A stretch of DNA of 64,000 bases from an uncultured Legionellales bacterium. Its GTDB lineage: Bacteria > Pseudomonadota > Gammaproteobacteria > Eutrophobiales > Eutrophobiaceae. The notes below the pieces were generated by a model that saw nothing but the letters and a program-made list of their open reading frames with translations, had not been told where the DNA came from and did not search any database. Made by a program: the position numbers and the translations under genes. The stretch covers positions 8,897-72,896 of the forward strand of contig CAJWRJ010000001.1 in assembly GCA_913046215.1 (NCBI GenBank). Reading direction: 5' to 3'. This document shows, piece after piece, positions 52,584 through 64,000 of the stretch (position 1 is its first letter; each line of letters begins with the position of its first letter).

Positions 52584-53288
52584 ATGATGACAATTGGAAT
52601 AGTAGGGAAAAAATGTGGGATGACTCGTCTTTTTACAGATGATGGTTTATCTATTCCTGTAACTGTGGTGGAGGCGACACCAAATCTCGTTACCAGTTTA
52701 TTAACAGAAGAAGACAAAGGTTATAGTGCAGTTCAAGTCTCATGGGGAACAAAAAAATCTACCTCAATGACAAAATCTGAGGCAGGAAACTATAAAAAAG
52801 CAAATATTGATACTGGTGAAGGATTTTTAGAATATAGAGTAACTCCAGAGGAACTAGAACAGTATTCACTCGGTGGTGCAATAAAAGTTGATATTTTTAA
52901 AACAGGGCAAAAAGTTGATGTTACGGGTACATCTAAAGGTAAAGGTTTTTCGGGAGCAATAAAACGACATAATTTTAGTCACCAACGTAATAGTCATGGA
53001 AATTCAATTTCACATCGAGCTCCAGGCTCAATTGGTCAGTGTCAAACACCCGGCAGAGTTTTTAAAGGAAAAAAAATGGCTGGACACCTCGGAAATACAA
53101 GAAGGACCTCACAAAATCTTGAAATTGTACAGATCGATAATGAACGTAATTTGTTATTAATTAAGGGAGCAGTACCTGCTAGTAAAGGTGGTAGGGTTAT
53201 TATCAAACCATCGATAAAGTTTTTGAGTAATCCGGAAAAACAATTTGCAAAAACAAAAGCCGAAACAAAAGCTGATACAAAAGAATAA
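52584..53288 (+). CDS. rplC: 50S ribosomal protein L3
   Basis: N-terminus [18 protein letters not shown]. 234 aa with a Lys-rich C-terminal extension. Confidence 0.95.
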   Translation: MMTIGIVGKKCGMTRLFTDDGLSIPVTVVEATPNLVTSLLTEEDKGYSAVQVSWGTKKSTSMTKSEAGNYKKANIDTGEGFLEYRVTPEELEQYSLGGAIKVDIFKTGQKVDVTGTSKGKGFSGAIKRHNFSHQRNSHGNSISHRAPGSIGQCQTPGRVFKGKKMAGHLGNTRRTSQNLEIVQIDNERNLLLIKGAVPASKGGRVIIKPSIKFLSNPEKQFAKTKAETKADTKE

Positions 53289-53301
53289 AAAGGTTAAAAA
53301 T

Positions 53302-53919
53302 ATGGATCTAAAAATTCAAAAGTCAGGAAAAAAACAAGCGAGCAAAATTAGTGTTGCCGATAATGTTTTTGCAGCTGAGTTTAATGAACCATTAATACAC
53401 CAAGTTTTGATTTCGTATATGGCAGGTTCCCGTTCGGGCACAAAAGCTCATAAATCACGTTCCGAAGTTAGGGGTGGAGGTAGAAAACCATGGAGACAAA
53501 AAGGAACTGGTAGAGCTAGAGCTGGAACTATTCGTAGTCCTTTGTGGCGTGGCGGCGGAGTTACTTTTGCCGCAAAACCTCGTGACTATAGTAAAAAAAT
53601 AAATAAGAAGATGTATAAAGGTGCCATGCGTTCAATTTTTTCTGAGCTTGTAAGACAAGAAAGATTTGTATGTATTGACGAATTCAATGTTGATGATTCT
53701 AAAACGAAATCGGTAAAAGATAAGCTGAGCAAACTTGGTCTCAAGGAAGTTTTAATTATCACTGAAGCATTAACAGAAAACCTATATTTAGGTGCAAGAA
53801 ATATTCCCAAAGTTGATGTAATGGATACCAATGAAATTGATCCGTATTCTTTAATTGGTTTTGAAAAAGTTTTGATAACACAAGCAGCAGTTGAAAAAGT
53901 AGAGGAATGGCTGTCATGA
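53302..53919 (+). CDS. rplD: 50S ribosomal protein L4
   Basis: An ATG at 53302 (MDLKIQKSG...) fits the E. coli L4 N-terminus. Motif [14 protein letters not shown]. The ORF track's start at 53245 lies inside rplC. Confidence 0.93.
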   Translation: MDLKIQKSGKKQASKISVADNVFAAEFNEPLIHQVLISYMAGSRSGTKAHKSRSEVRGGGRKPWRQKGTGRARAGTIRSPLWRGGGVTFAAKPRDYSKKINKKMYKGAMRSIFSELVRQERFVCIDEFNVDDSKTKSVKDKLSKLGLKEVLIITEALTENLYLGARNIPKVDVMDTNEIDPYSLIGFEKVLITQAAVEKVEEWLS

Positions 53920-54215
53920 ATGAACAAAAAGTAATGTCAGTGTTGCTAGAACCAAAAGTTACTGAGAAATCTAGCATGATAGGCGAATTGAATAATCAGT
54001 ATGTATTCAAAGTTGTAAAAAGCGCAACAAAGCCTGAGATAAAGAAAGCGGTAGAATTAATGTTCGATGGAGCTGAGGTACAATCAGTTCAAGTATCAAA
54101 TGTAAAAGGTAAAACAAAAACTTTTAAAAGATTTCCTGGTAAACGCGCTAATTGGAAAAAGGCGTATGTTAAATTAAAACCAGGTTTTGATATAGATTTT
54201 ATGGGCAACGGTTAA
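53916..54215 (+). CDS. rplW: 50S ribosomal protein L23
   Basis: Start at 53916 (ATGA overlap with rplD) with RBS AGAGGA 9 nt upstream. Motif [14 protein letters not shown]...[12 protein letters not shown]. Confidence 0.9.
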   Translation: MNEQKVMSVLLEPKVTEKSSMIGELNNQYVFKVVKSATKPEIKKAVELMFDGAEVQSVQVSNVKGKTKTFKRFPGKRANWKKAYVKLKPGFDIDFMGNG

Positions 54216-54233
54216 ACTGAGGACTTTTAGATT

Positions 54234-55070
54234 ATGGTATTAATGAATCCAAAACCAACATCGGCAGGCCGAAGGTCAATGATCAAGGTTGTTAGTCCTG
54301 AATTATATAAAGGTAAGCCACACGAATCATTGTTGGAGAAAAAAAATAAATCCGCTGGACGAAATAATAATGGCCGAATAACCATTCGTCATCGTGGAGG
54401 TGGCTCAAAACAACGTTATAGATTGATAGATTTTAAAAGAGACAAAGATGGTTTATTAGCTAAAGTTGAGCATGTCGAATATGACCCAAATAGAACCGCT
54501 CACATAGCATTATTGTTATATAAGGATGGCGAAAGGCGTTACATAGTAGCACCTAATGGCATTAAGCCAGGCGATGAAATAATGTCAGGTACAGAGGCAC
54601 CAATACAGACAGGAAATTGTATGCCAATGAGAAATATACCCCTTGGAACAACAATACATTGTATTGAACTTAAACCAGGAGGGGGAGCACAGCTTGCAAG
54701 AAGCGCAGGTGCATCAGCTCAATTAGTTGCAAAAGAAGGGCATTATGTGACCATTAGGTTACGTTCTAGTGAAATGCGAAAAGTCTTATCTGAATGTCGA
54801 GCAACTATTGGCGAAGTTAGTAATACCGAGCATCAATTACGATCCCTAGGTAAAGCTGGAGCAAAAAGATGGAGAGGTGTGCGTCCAACGGTGCGTGGTG
54901 TTGCAATGAATCCGGTTGATCATCCGCATGGAGGAGGAGAGGGCCGCACTTCTGGCGGACGTCACCCTGTCAGTCCATGGGGGACTCCTACAAAGGGCTA
55001 CAAAACAAGAAAAAATAAACGAACAGATAATTTAATTGTTAGAAAAAGAAAATCGCAGAGGGTTAAGTAG
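54234..55070 (+). CDS. rplB: 50S ribosomal protein L2
   Basis: Motifs KPTSAGRR and [17 protein letters not shown]. 278 aa. Confidence 0.97.
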   Translation: MVLMNPKPTSAGRRSMIKVVSPELYKGKPHESLLEKKNKSAGRNNNGRITIRHRGGGSKQRYRLIDFKRDKDGLLAKVEHVEYDPNRTAHIALLLYKDGERRYIVAPNGIKPGDEIMSGTEAPIQTGNCMPMRNIPLGTTIHCIELKPGGGAQLARSAGASAQLVAKEGHYVTIRLRSSEMRKVLSECRATIGEVSNTEHQLRSLGKAGAKRWRGVRPTVRGVAMNPVDHPHGGGEGRTSGGRHPVSPWGTPTKGYKTRKNKRTDNLIVRKRKSQRVK

Positions 55071-55339
55071 TGGCACGTTCAATAAAAAAAGGACCCTTTG
55101 TTGATCATCATCTTCTAAAGAAGGTTGAAGTTGCAAAGGAAAGCAATGATAAACGCCCAATTAAAACATGGTCACGACGTTCAATGGTTATGCCCGAGAT
55201 GGTAGGCCTAACAATTGCAATACATAATGGTAGAGATCACGTACCAATATATGTTTCTGAGAATATGGTAGGTCATAAATTAGGGGAATTTGTTTTAACC
55301 AGAACATTTCGCGGCCATGTCGCAGATAAAAAAACATAA
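55070..55339 (+). CDS. rpsS: 30S ribosomal protein S19
   Basis: N-terminus [19 protein letters not shown]. 89 aa. Confidence 0.97.
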   Translation: MARSIKKGPFVDHHLLKKVEVAKESNDKRPIKTWSRRSMVMPEMVGLTIAIHNGRDHVPIYVSENMVGHKLGEFVLTRTFRGHVADKKT

Positions 55340-55357
55340 CTAAAAAATAATTAAAAC

Positions 55358-55699
55358 ATGACAACATCAGCAACATTAAAATTTACACATTTGTCGCCAC
55401 AAAAAATGCGCTTAGTAGCGGACCAAATACGCGGCATGTCAGCAGATAATGCAGTAACTTTGCTTTCATTTAGTAATAAAAAAGGAGCGAAGATTGTAAA
55501 AAAAGTACTAGAGTCTGCTATTGCAAATGCTGAAAATAATGATGGTGCTGATATTGATGAGCTTAGGGTTGCGGCGATTGAAGTAAATCAAGGCCCAACA
55601 ATGAAGCGACTCCGTCCTCGTGCGAGAGGTCGAGCTGATAGGATTTTAAAAAGAACTAGCCATTTGACCGTGAAAGTTTCGGAAAAGGGAGAAGAATAG
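55358..55699 (+). CDS. rplV: 50S ribosomal protein L22
   Basis: 113 aa. Position after rpsS. Motif [18 protein letters not shown]. Confidence 0.95.
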   Translation: MTTSATLKFTHLSPQKMRLVADQIRGMSADNAVTLLSFSNKKGAKIVKKVLESAIANAENNDGADIDELRVAAIEVNQGPTMKRLRPRARGRADRILKRTSHLTVKVSEKGEE

Positions 55700-55704
55700 C
55701 TACT

Positions 55705-56391
55705 ATGGGTCAGAAAGTACATCCAACTGGAATACGTCTAGGAATAATAAAAGACTGGACCTCAACTTGGTATGCAGACACTAAGAATTATGCCAATTAT
55801 CTAAATGCCGATATTAAAGTACGTGACTACCTTAGAAAGAAGTTAGCAAATGCATCGGTAAGTCGTATTCAGATTGAAAGACCAGCGGGTAATGCAAGAG
55901 TGATTATTTATACAGCACGTCCTGGGATTGTAATTGGTAAGAAAGGAGAAGATATAGAGCGTCTGCGTCTAGAAGTTTCAAAAATGATGGGAGTACCAAC
56001 ACATGTTAGCGTTGAAGAGATTCGTAAACCTGAGTTAGATGCCTTCCTTGTTGCGGAGAGTGTAGCGCAGCAGATTGAGAGACGTATTATGTTTAGAAGA
56101 GCGATGAAACGTGCTGTTACTAATACAATGCGTTTAGGTGCTGAAGGCATTAAGATCACAGTAAGCGGCAGATTAAACGGCGCTGAAATTGCAAGAACTG
56201 AGTGGTATAGAGAAGGTCGAGTGCCACTTCATACTCTTCGTGCCGATATAGATTATGCAACAAAAGAAGCTACAACAACATATGGCATAATTGGAGTAAA
56301 AGTATGGCTTTTTAAAGGCGAGATTTTTGGTTACGAAAAAGATAAAGAAGAACAAGTTCAAAACGAAGTAAATAAAACTAATAAAGATTAG
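55705..56391 (+). CDS. rpsC: 30S ribosomal protein S3
   Basis: N-terminus [16 protein letters not shown] domain. 228 aa. Confidence 0.97.
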   Translation: MGQKVHPTGIRLGIIKDWTSTWYADTKNYANYLNADIKVRDYLRKKLANASVSRIQIERPAGNARVIIYTARPGIVIGKKGEDIERLRLEVSKMMGVPTHVSVEEIRKPELDAFLVAESVAQQIERRIMFRRAMKRAVTNTMRLGAEGIKITVSGRLNGAEIARTEWYREGRVPLHTLRADIDYATKEATTTYGIIGVKVWLFKGEIFGYEKDKEEQVQNEVNKTNKD

Positions 56392-56400
56392 GAATAAAAA

Positions 56401-56814
56401 GTGTTACAACCAAAAAGAACAAAATTTAGAAAACAAAGCAAATTAAGAAATCGTGGTTTAGCCACGACTGGTAACAAAGTTAGCTTTGGAGAATATGGTC
56501 TAAAAGCTGTTGGCAGAGGGCGAATAACTGCACGTCAAATAGAAGCAGCTAGGCGTGCCTTAACGCGTAAGGTAAAACGTGGGGCAAAAGTATGGATCAG
56601 GATATTTCCAGATAAACCCATTACAAAAAAACCTCTGGAAGTTCGACAAGGTAAAGGTAAAGGAAGTGTTGAATATTGGGTTGCACAAATTCAACCTGGA
56701 AGGATGCTCTATGAAATGGAGGGTGTAACCGAGGAACTAGCACGGGAAGCTTTTGAGCTTGCTTCAGCTAAATTACCAATTAAAACAACTTTTGTAACGA
56801 GGACATTATTGTAA
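56401..56814 (+). CDS. rplP: 50S ribosomal protein L16
   Basis: GTG start. N-terminus [12 protein letters not shown]. Confidence 0.96.
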   Translation: MLQPKRTKFRKQSKLRNRGLATTGNKVSFGEYGLKAVGRGRITARQIEAARRALTRKVKRGAKVWIRIFPDKPITKKPLEVRQGKGKGSVEYWVAQIQPGRMLYEMEGVTEELAREAFELASAKLPIKTTFVTRTLL

Positions 56815-57023
56815 TGAAAACATCTGAATTAAGAGAAAAAACAGATGAAGAGTTGCAAAGTCTTCTAACTGAAGAATTGCGTTCTCAATTCAATTTACGA
56901 ATGAGAAAAGGCACGGGACAGCTGGATAAACCAAGTGAAATAAAAAAAACAAGAAGAAATATAGCTAGAATAAACACCATTCTTAATGAAAATAAAGCTT
57001 CTATAGATAAGGAAAAAATATGA
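56814..57023 (+). CDS. rpmC: 50S ribosomal protein L29
   Basis: N-terminus [15 protein letters not shown]. 69 aa. Overlaps the rplP stop. Confidence 0.93.
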   Translation: MKTSELREKTDEELQSLLTEELRSQFNLRMRKGTGQLDKPSEIKKTRRNIARINTILNENKASIDKEKI

Positions 57024-57286
57024 GCGATGAAAACCTAAAAACAAAGACAGTAACTGGAACAGTTACTAGTTCAAGAATGGATAAAACAATTTCGGTATGT
57101 ATAGAAAGAACTGTAAAACATCCACTTTATGGTAAATATATTAGGCGTTCGACTAAAGTAATGGCGCATGATGAAGTAAATGAGTGTGGTGAGGGCGATG
57201 TGGTCATAATTGAATCATCAAGACCATTATCAAAAAATAAATCTTGGCGTTTACAAAAGATTGTTTCTAAGGCGCAAATTGTCTAA
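57020..57286 (+). CDS. rpsQ: 30S ribosomal protein S17
   Basis: Motifs [15 protein letters not shown] and KHPLYGKY. 88 aa. Confidence 0.95.
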   Translation: MSDENLKTKTVTGTVTSSRMDKTISVCIERTVKHPLYGKYIRRSTKVMAHDEVNECGEGDVVIIESSRPLSKNKSWRLQKIVSKAQIV

Positions 57287-57307
57287 AGATAACGGGTTGA
57301 AATATTA

Positions 57308-57676
57308 ATGATACAAATGCAAACAATACTTGATGCAGCTGATAATAGCGGAGCTCGTCGTCTGATGTGCGTGAAAGTCTTGGGTGGTTCAAAACGCCGA
57401 TATGCTAATGTCGGCGATGTTATTAAAGTAAGTATTAAGGAGGCAATCCCGCGCGGGAAAGTAAAAAAAGGAGATGTTTATAATGCTGTTGTTGTACGAA
57501 CTCGAAAAGGGGTTCGACGAGGGGATGGTTCGTTAATACGTTTTGATGGCAACGCAGCGGTGCTACTAAATTCTCAATTACAACCTGTGGGCACACGTAT
57601 TTTTGGTCCAGTAACAAGAGAGTTACGAGGACTAAAATTCATGAAAATTGTTTCTCTAGCACCAGAGGTATTGTAA
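57308..57676 (+). CDS. rplN: 50S ribosomal protein L14
   Basis: N-terminus [21 protein letters not shown]...; C-terminus [23 protein letters not shown]. Confidence 0.97.
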   Translation: MIQMQTILDAADNSGARRLMCVKVLGGSKRRYANVGDVIKVSIKEAIPRGKVKKGDVYNAVVVRTRKGVRRGDGSLIRFDGNAAVLLNSQLQPVGTRIFGPVTRELRGLKFMKIVSLAPEVL

Positions 57677-57678
57677 AA

Positions 57679-57999
57679 ATGAGTCGTCTAAAGAAAGGTG
57701 ATGAAGTAATAGTTATAGCTGGTCGAGATAAAGGTAAAAGAGGTGTCGTTTTATCTGTATTGAATGATGTAAATAAACTAATTATTGAAAATGTAAATAT
57801 GATAAAACGGCATACAAAAGGAAACCCATCACAAGGAACTCCAGGCGGTATTGTTGAAAAAGAATCGCCTATAGATCAATCAAATGTTGCAATCTGGAAC
57901 TCAATTAGTAATAAACAAGATAGAGTTGGTTACAAATATTTAGAGGATGGTCAGAAAGTTCGATATTTTAAGTCAAACAAAGAAGTAGTAGATGTATAG
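57679..57999 (+). CDS. rplX: 50S ribosomal protein L24
   Basis: KOW motif ([22 protein letters not shown]). 106 aa. Confidence 0.95.
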   Translation: MSRLKKGDEVIVIAGRDKGKRGVVLSVLNDVNKLIIENVNMIKRHTKGNPSQGTPGGIVEKESPIDQSNVAIWNSISNKQDRVGYKYLEDGQKVRYFKSNKEVVDV

Positions 58000-58011
58000 G
58001 AATTTTTAGAT

Positions 58012-58551
58012 ATGGCTACATTATTTGAACATTATAAAAAAAATATAACTAAAGAATTGACCAAACAGTTCGGGTATAAGTCCTGTATGCAAATTCCAAA
58101 AATAACCAAGGTTACATTAAACATGGGTTTAGGAGAATCAGTTGCTGATAAAAAAATAATTGAAAACGCAGTGAATGATATGACAAAGATTGCTGGACAA
58201 AAACCAGTTGTGACAAAGGCTAGAAAGTCTATTGCTAATTTTAAAGTACGTGAGGGTTGGCCGATAGGATGTAAAGTTACTCTCAGGCGTGAACGCATGT
58301 ATGAATTTTTAGAGCGTTTAATTACAATAGCCATACCTCGTATTAGAGACTTTCGTGGGCTCAATTCTAAGTCATTTGATGGGCGTGGTAATTACAGCAT
58401 AGGAATAAAAGAGCAAATCATTTTTCCCGAAATTGATTTCGATAAAATTGATTCAATTCGAGGAATTGATATTACAATAACTACATCAGCTCGAACAAAT
58501 GAAGAAGCATTAGCGTTATTAACATCATTTAAATTACCAATAAGGACTTAA
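58012..58551 (+). CDS. rplE: 50S ribosomal protein L5
   Basis: 179 aa. Motifs [20 protein letters not shown] and RGIDITITT. Confidence 0.96.
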   Translation: MATLFEHYKKNITKELTKQFGYKSCMQIPKITKVTLNMGLGESVADKKIIENAVNDMTKIAGQKPVVTKARKSIANFKVREGWPIGCKVTLRRERMYEFLERLITIAIPRIRDFRGLNSKSFDGRGNYSIGIKEQIIFPEIDFDKIDSIRGIDITITTSARTNEEALALLTSFKLPIRT

Positions 58552-58563
58552 GGATTATTTGAT

Positions 58564-58869
58564 ATGGCAAAATCATGCATGGTTAATCGCGAAATAAAAA
58601 GGATGCGTATGGTCAATAAATTTTCTTCAAAAAGAACAGAATTAAAAGCCATTGTTAAAAATACTTCATTGAGTGATGACGAACGTAGGGATGCTAGAGA
58701 GAAATTAAATAAGTTACCTAGAGATGCAAATCCTATACGTATGCGAAATCGTTGTGCAATTACTGGTCGAGCTCATGGATATTATAGGAAATTTGGTTTG
58801 TCACGTAACAAATTGCGGGAAGCAGCTATGCGTGGCGATATACCAGGTTTAGTTAAAGCAAGCTGGTAA
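58564..58869 (+). CDS. rpsN: 30S ribosomal protein S14
   Basis: 101 aa. C-terminus [38 protein letters not shown]. Confidence 0.95.
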   Translation: MAKSCMVNREIKRMRMVNKFSSKRTELKAIVKNTSLSDDERRDAREKLNKLPRDANPIRMRNRCAITGRAHGYYRKFGLSRNKLREAAMRGDIPGLVKASW

Positions 58870-58893
58870 GCAAATGAAAGAGAGATATATAAA

Positions 58894-59289
58894 ATGACTA
58901 TGTCAGACCCAATTTCAGATATGTTGACGCGTATTCGTAATTCACTACAACGCAACAAAAGCGATGTGAGCATTCCATCGTCAAAACTAAAGATTGCTAT
59001 AGCAAATATACTCAAGCAAGAAGGTTATATTACTGATTATAGAGTTGAAGAAAATGAGAATAAGATGTCACTTATAATTGAATTAAAATATTTTCAAGGT
59101 AAGCCAGTTATAGAATCAATAGAACGTGTTAGCCGTCCAAGTCTTCGTTCATACAAATCATTTAGTGATTTACCAAAAGTAATGGGTGGTCTTGGTGTGG
59201 CAATTATTTCCACCGCAAAAGGTGTTATGACTGACAAGTCAGCAAGAGAACAAGGTATTGGCGGCGAAGTTTTGTGTTATATATCATAA
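58894..59289 (+). CDS. rpsH: 30S ribosomal protein S8
   Basis: N-terminus [16 protein letters not shown]. 131 aa. Confidence 0.96.
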   Translation: MTMSDPISDMLTRIRNSLQRNKSDVSIPSSKLKIAIANILKQEGYITDYRVEENENKMSLIIELKYFQGKPVIESIERVSRPSLRSYKSFSDLPKVMGGLGVAIISTAKGVMTDKSAREQGIGGEVLCYIS

Positions 59290-59306
59290 ATATGAATAAA
59301 TAAACT

Positions 59307-59840
59307 ATGTCTAGAATAGCAAACAATCCAATAACAATACCTTCAGGCGTTGAAGTCAATATATCTGGAGATATTGTAACAATTAAGGGGAGTAAAGGAG
59401 AATTAACACATAATATTCATCCGCTCATAAAGCTTGAGCAGTCAGATGACGTTATAAAAACACTTGTTAAAAATAATAGTAAGTTTGCTAAAGCTCTTTC
59501 AGGGACAACGCGCGCTCTTATTCAAAATATAATAACAGGCGTTAGCGAAGGTTTTGAACGTAAACTTGAAATTACTGGAGTGGGGTATCGTGCGGCTGTT
59601 TCTGGTAAAGCATTAAACTTAACTTTAGGGTTTTCTCATCCAATTGCATTTAATATTCCAGAGGGAATTACAATTGAGACACCCAGTCAAACTGAAATAG
59701 TCATCAAAGGAAATAATAAACAACAAGTAGGGCAAGTTGCTGCAAATATCAGAGCATTCAGACCACCTGAGCCTTATAAAGGAAAAGGTGTTCGTTATTC
59801 TGATGAGAGAATTGTACGTAAAGAGGCTAAAAAGAGTTAA
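59307..59840 (+). CDS. rplF: 50S ribosomal protein L6
   Basis: N-terminus MSRIANNPITIPSGVEV..S. C-terminus PPEPYKGKGVRY. 177 aa. Confidence 0.96.
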   Translation: MSRIANNPITIPSGVEVNISGDIVTIKGSKGELTHNIHPLIKLEQSDDVIKTLVKNNSKFAKALSGTTRALIQNIITGVSEGFERKLEITGVGYRAAVSGKALNLTLGFSHPIAFNIPEGITIETPSQTEIVIKGNNKQQVGQVAANIRAFRPPEPYKGKGVRYSDERIVRKEAKKS

Positions 59841-59846
59841 ATAATT

Positions 59847-60200
59847 ATGAGTAAAAAAGTAGATAGACTAAGGCGCGCAAAAAAAACTCGTGCAAGAATT
59901 AGAAGGCTTGGCTCGGATCGCTTATGTGTGCATAAAACATCAAGACATGTTTATGCGCAAGTAATTTCATCAAATACTTCGCAGGTAATAGCTAGCGCCT
60001 CGAGTCTTGATAAAGAGATCAAGAGTCAAATTAAATATACTGGAAATATTGAAGCAGCAAGTATTGTTGGTGGAGTGTTAGCTGAACGCGCCAAAAAGGC
60101 AGGTGTAAAAAAAGTTGCTTTCGATCGTTCTGGATTTAAGTTCCATGGACGTATACAAGCACTCGCTAATGCTGCGCGTGAAAATGGCTTAGAATTTTAA
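59847..60200 (+). CDS. rplR: 50S ribosomal protein L18
   Basis: 117 aa. C-terminus [26 protein letters not shown]. Confidence 0.95.
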   Translation: MSKKVDRLRRAKKTRARIRRLGSDRLCVHKTSRHVYAQVISSNTSQVIASASSLDKEIKSQIKYTGNIEAASIVGGVLAERAKKAGVKKVAFDRSGFKFHGRIQALANAARENGLEF

Positions 60201-60211
60201 GGAAAGATCTT

Positions 60212-60718
60212 ATGAAATTAGAAAATTCAATAACGGGAAATGAAGACCTCCAAGAAAAACTTGTAGCAGTTAATAGAGTTGCAAAAGTAGTTAAAGGCGG
60301 TCGACAGTTTGGTTTTGCAGCATTAACTGTTGTTGGTGATGGCAATGGGCGCGTTGGTATAGGGCGCGGAAAATCAAGAGAAGTTCCTTTAGCTATCCAA
60401 AAAGCAATGGAAGATGCCCGTCGTAGCATGATTTCTGTTTCTGTTAATGACGGAACACTTCAGTACGCAATTACTTCAGAGTACGGAGCAGCAAAGGTTT
60501 ATATGCAGCCAGCATCAGAAGGTACAGGAATTATTGCTGGCGGCCCTATGAGAGCCGTTTTTGAAGTTGTTGGGATAAATAATGTTTTAGCAAAATCAAT
60601 TGGATCAACAAATCCAATAAATGTAATTCGAGCAACTATAAAAGGCCTTGAGTTAATGTCGTCACCAAAATATGTTGCTGAAAAACGTGGTAAATCAATA
60701 GAAGAAATTATTAGTTGA
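60212..60718 (+). CDS. rpsE: 30S ribosomal protein S5
   Basis: Motifs [33 protein letters not shown] and [13 protein letters not shown]. Confidence 0.97.
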   Translation: MKLENSITGNEDLQEKLVAVNRVAKVVKGGRQFGFAALTVVGDGNGRVGIGRGKSREVPLAIQKAMEDARRSMISVSVNDGTLQYAITSEYGAAKVYMQPASEGTGIIAGGPMRAVFEVVGINNVLAKSIGSTNPINVIRATIKGLELMSSPKYVAEKRGKSIEEIIS

Positions 60719-60719
60719 T

Positions 60720-60923
60720 ATGGCAAAGAAGAAGAAAAAAAATAGTAAATTAAAGGTGACACTGGTTAAAAGTATAAATCGCCGAACTAAACAACATAAG
60801 TCATGTATAGGTGGACTTGGTTTGCGTCGTATTGGTCATAGCGTGCTAATTGATGACACTCCAGAAGTAAGAGGTATGATAAATAAGGCGTCCTACTTAC
60901 TTTCTGTTGAGGAGGATAATTAA
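60720..60923 (+). CDS. rpmD: 50S ribosomal protein L30 (with Lys-rich N-terminal extension)
   Basis: [10 protein letters not shown]...[15 protein letters not shown] matches the L30 core. N-terminus [12 protein letters not shown]. Confidence 0.9.
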   Translation: MAKKKKKNSKLKVTLVKSINRRTKQHKSCIGGLGLRRIGHSVLIDDTPEVRGMINKASYLLSVEEDN

Positions 60924-60927
60924 AGTA

Positions 60928-61362
60928 ATGCGTTTAAATACCTTAAAACCTAATCAGGGCTCAACTTCAAGTAGTAAAAGACCAGGTCGTGGTATTGGGT
61001 CAACTATAGGAAAAACAGGTGGGCGTGGCCACAAAGGTCAAAAATCTCGTGCTGGAGGTTACCATAAAGTTGGTTTCGAGGGCGGTCAAATGCCTTTACA
61101 ACGTCGTTTGCCAAAAGTTGGATTTAGTTCCCGTGTTAGTCGAATTACAGCAGAGATAAGACTGCATGAGCTCGCTAATCTTGATGTTGAAACCATTGAT
61201 ATTGGGGCACTCAAATCGGCACGATTGATTAACAAAAACATACAACGGGTGAAGATTATTTTATCTGGGAAAATAGAAAAAAAATTAAACACTAAAGGTC
61301 TAATGGTTACAAAAGGAGCAAAAAATGCTATTGAAAGTGCCGGAGGAAAAGTAGAGGATTAA
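60928..61362 (+). CDS. rplO: 50S ribosomal protein L15
   Basis: An ATG at 60928 ([11 protein letters not shown]) matches the E. coli L15 N-terminus, with RBS GGAGGA 11 nt upstream. Motif [14 protein letters not shown]. Confidence 0.93.
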   Translation: MRLNTLKPNQGSTSSSKRPGRGIGSTIGKTGGRGHKGQKSRAGGYHKVGFEGGQMPLQRRLPKVGFSSRVSRITAEIRLHELANLDVETIDIGALKSARLINKNIQRVKIILSGKIEKKLNTKGLMVTKGAKNAIESAGGKVED

Positions 61363-62706
61363 ATGGCCACATCTACCTCAACACTCCCTGGAGGCTTAGC
61401 TGGTCTGGGAAAATTAAAAGAGCTGAGACAAAGACTCTTTTTTGTACTGGTGGCGCTATTTGTTTACAGGGTTGCCACACATATCCCTGTGCCTGGAATA
61501 AACCCCATAGCATTGGCAGAGTTATTCAATCAGCAGCGAGGGACTATATTAGATATGTTTAACATGTTTTCAGGCGGGGCTTTAAGTCGATTCTCTGTAG
61601 TTGCTCTTGGTATTATGCCATATATATCAGCATCAATTATTATGCAATTACTGTCAGTTGTTGATCCAAAATTAAAACAATTAAAAAAAGAGGGTGAATC
61701 AGGCAGAAGAAAGATAACTCAATACACTCGCTATGGCACTGTTTTTCTAGCAACCTTTCAGGCTTTTGGTGTCGCAATTGCTCTTGAGGGCCAACAAGCA
61801 TCGGGGCAAGCGGTAGTGATGGACCCAGGCGTTGGTTTTAGGGTTGTTGCTATCACTACATTGGTAACAGGCACAATGTTTTTAATGTGGTTAGGCGAGC
61901 AAATAACTGAACGTGGAGTTGGCAATGGTATTTCCATGATAATTTTCGCTGGTATTGTTGCGGGCTTACCTTCAGCAATTGGTGGAACATTAGAGTTATC
62001 TAGAACAGGCGAAATGCATTTATTGGCAGTTTTTGCATTGTTTGCGTTAGCAATAGCGGTTACTGGTTTTGTAGTTTTTGTTGAAAGAGGCCAAAGAAGA
62101 ATAACTGTTAATTATGCTAAGAGACAAGTCGGTAGAAAAATGTATGGTGGGCAGGCAAGTCACTTACCATTAAAACTGAATATGGCCGGAGTGATCCCAC
62201 CAATATTTGCATCAAGTTTGATACTGTTTCCTGCTACTATTGCAGGCTGGTTTAGTCAGACTGAAGGAATGAATTGGTTGCAGGACTTTGCAACAACATT
62301 ATCGCCAGGTCAGCCGATTTATGTATTGTGTTATGCAGCTGGAATCATTTTTTTCTGTTTTTTCTATACCGCAATGGTATTTGATCCTCGAGAAACTGCG
62401 GATAATTTAAAGAAATCAGGAGCATTTATTCCAGGCATGAGACCAGGCGAACAAACAGCAAATTATCTTGATAAAGTATTAACAAAACTGACTCTAGCAG
62501 GCGCTGTATATATTACATTTGTTTGCTTATTACCCGAATTTTTAATTGTTAAATTCAATGTGCCATTTTATTTTGGTGGAACATCATTATTAATTATTGT
62601 TGTAGTAGTTATGGATTTTATGTCGCAAATACAGGCTCATTTAATGTCCCATCAATATGAAGGATTAATGAAAAAAGCTAATCTTAAAGGACATGGAAAA
62701 CGTTAA
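61363..62706 (+). CDS. secY: preprotein translocase subunit SecY
   Basis: 447 aa, ten predicted transmembrane segments. Motif [18 protein letters not shown]. Confidence 0.97.
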   Translation: MATSTSTLPGGLAGLGKLKELRQRLFFVLVALFVYRVATHIPVPGINPIALAELFNQQRGTILDMFNMFSGGALSRFSVVALGIMPYISASIIMQLLSVVDPKLKQLKKEGESGRRKITQYTRYGTVFLATFQAFGVAIALEGQQASGQAVVMDPGVGFRVVAITTLVTGTMFLMWLGEQITERGVGNGISMIIFAGIVAGLPSAIGGTLELSRTGEMHLLAVFALFALAIAVTGFVVFVERGQRRITVNYAKRQVGRKMYGGQASHLPLKLNMAGVIPPIFASSLILFPATIAGWFSQTEGMNWLQDFATTLSPGQPIYVLCYAAGIIFFCFFYTAMVFDPRETADNLKKSGAFIPGMRPGEQTANYLDKVLTKLTLAGAVYITFVCLLPEFLIVKFNVPFYFGGTSLLIIVVVVMDFMSQIQAHLMSHQYEGLMKKANLKGHGKR

Positions 62707-62736
62707 TTCAATGGGCGCTTTGCTTGGAGAAAAAAT

Positions 62737-62850
62737 ATGAAAGTCAGAGCATCAGTTAAGCGGATATGCCGTAATTGTCGAATAATTAGGCGTAATAGAG
62801 TAGTGCGGGTTATTTGTTCAGATCCTCGTCATAAGCAACGACAAGGTTAA
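62737..62850 (+). CDS. rpmJ: 50S ribosomal protein L36
   Basis: Not in the ORF track because it is shorter than 60 aa. Translates as [37 protein letters not shown] (37 aa, C-x2-C...C-x5-H zinc ribbon). Canonical position between secY and rpsM. Confidence 0.92.
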   Translation: MKVRASVKRICRNCRIIRRNRVVRVICSDPRHKQRQG

Positions 62851-62873
62851 ATAAAAATGGAGACTATAAATTA

Positions 62874-63230
62874 ATGGCACGTATTGCGGGAGTTAATATA
62901 CCAGATAATAAGCATTTGAATATTGCTTTGACATATATTTATGGAATTGGACTCACACGAGCTCAAAAAATTTGTGATGTCCTTAGTTTAGAATATTCTA
63001 TAAAGGTTAATCAGCTATCAGAAGCTGAATTGGATAACATACGTAGCGAAGTTGCAAAGTTTAATCTTGAAGGTGATTTAAGAAGAGAAGTATCTATAAA
63101 TATTAAACGTTTGATGGATTTAGGTACAAATAGAGGGATTCGTCATCGTCGAGGGCTTCCAGTTAGAGGGCAGCGCACAAGCACTAATGCTCGTACGCGT
63201 AAGGGTCCGAAGAAGATGATTAAGAAATAA
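62874..63230 (+). CDS. rpsM: 30S ribosomal protein S13
   Basis: N-terminus [14 protein letters not shown]. 118 aa. Confidence 0.97.
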   Translation: MARIAGVNIPDNKHLNIALTYIYGIGLTRAQKICDVLSLEYSIKVNQLSEAELDNIRSEVAKFNLEGDLRREVSINIKRLMDLGTNRGIRHRRGLPVRGQRTSTNARTRKGPKKMIKK

Positions 63231-63249
63231 AATATAGGATTAAAAAATA

Positions 63250-63639
63250 ATGGCTAAAACAGCAACGAAGAGTCGTAAAAAAGTTAAGAAAAATGTCCTT
63301 GATGGCATTGCGCATATCCACGCGTCTTTTAACAATACAATTATTACAATCACAGATAGAGATGGCAATACTCTTTCATGGGCTACTTCGGGCGGCAGTG
63401 GGTTTCGTGGATCACGCAAAAGTACTCCTTTTGCAGCACAGATTGCATCTCAAAAAGCAGGTGAAGCAGCAAAAGAATTTGGTTTGCAAAATTTGGAAGT
63501 TTTTATAAAAGGCCCAGGACCAGGTCGAGAATCTGCAGTCAGAGCATTAAACACGGTTGGTTTTAAAATCACAAATATTACTGATGTAACTCCAATTCCG
63601 CATAATGGGTGTCGTCCACCCAAAAAACGTCGAGTTTAG
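63250..63639 (+). CDS. rpsK: 30S ribosomal protein S11
   Basis: 129 aa. Motif [18 protein letters not shown]. Confidence 0.97.
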   Translation: MAKTATKSRKKVKKNVLDGIAHIHASFNNTIITITDRDGNTLSWATSGGSGFRGSRKSTPFAAQIASQKAGEAAKEFGLQNLEVFIKGPGPGRESAVRALNTVGFKITNITDVTPIPHNGCRPPKKRRV

Positions 63640-63652
63640 TAGGAGTTTTATT

Positions 63653-64000
63653 ATGGCACGTTATCTTGGACCAAAATGTAAGCTTAGTCGACGCGAAGGA
63701 ACAGATTTGTTTTTAAAAAGTCGAGCTAGACCAATAGAAACAAAATGTCAGATTGATAAAACACCTGGTATGGCTACAGCACGGCCAGGAAGAATGTCTG
63801 ACTATGCACTTCAATTAAGAGAAAAACAAAAATTACGTAGAATATATGGTGTGCTAGAAAAGCAATTCCGCAGGTATTATAAAGAAGCGGCAAGGCGAAA
63901 AGGTTCAACAGGTGAAAATTTGCTTCAGATTCTTGAATGTCGATTAGACAATGTTGTATATCGAATGGGTTTTGGATCAACACGCAACGAAGCGCGTCAA
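63653..64000 (+). CDS. rpsD: 30S ribosomal protein S4 (3' end outside window)
   Basis: ATG at 63653; [23 protein letters not shown]... Frame stays open to the window end. Confidence 0.93.
   Translation, partial: MARYLGPKCKLSRREGTDLFLKSRARPIETKCQIDKTPGMATARPGRMSDYALQLREKQKLRRIYGVLEKQFRRYYKEAARRKGSTGENLLQILECRLDNVVYRMGFGSTRNEARQ

Overview
This 64-kb window is densely packed, AT-rich (about 35% GC by eye) core chromosome of a gammaproteobacterium. I see no prophage, IS element, CRISPR array or obvious horizontally acquired island. Gene order matches classical gamma-proteobacterial synteny throughout. Positions 1-4315: a family-5 ABC peptide transporter (binding protein plus two permeases) with an embedded YkuD-domain protein that lacks a signal peptide, followed by nagZ. 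Positions 4361-11475: mscS-family channel, dapF-DUF484(yigA)-xerC, DUF971-ubiE-ubiJ-ubiB. Positions 11461-18630: on the minus strand gpmI-envC-ctpA-yibQ, divergent from rhodanese(yibN-like)-secB-gpsA. Positions 18637-22968: trmL, a class-1 dihydroorotate dehydrogenase, trkH and trkA. Positions 22965-29871: def-fmt-rsmB, then DUF4390 plus an NtrY-like kinase and NtrX-like regulator, inserted between rsmB and trkA. Positions 30027-34996: a LysM (TsaP-like) protein, smg, topA and tsaC. Positions 34997-64000: about 29 kb of uninterrupted translation and transcription genes: tRNA-Tyr/Gly/Thr, tuf, tRNA-Trp, secE-nusG-rplKAJL-rpoBC, rpsL-rpsG-fusA, then the S10, spc and alpha operons up to a 3'-truncated rpsD. 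I located the four tRNAs, corrected six probable start codons (fusA, rplD, rplW, rplO, tsaC, ntrY-like) and added rpmJ, which the ORF track misses. I found no clearly novel system. The points worth a second look are the NtrX-like regulator with degenerate AAA+ ATPase motifs, the cytoplasmic YkuD protein inside a probable murein-peptide recycling operon, the zinc-ribbon-free TopA with a KKKTTA tail encoded by a perfect 18-bp tandem repeat, and a class-1 DHOD in a gamma background. All functional calls come from motifs read in the translations and from synteny; no database search was run.
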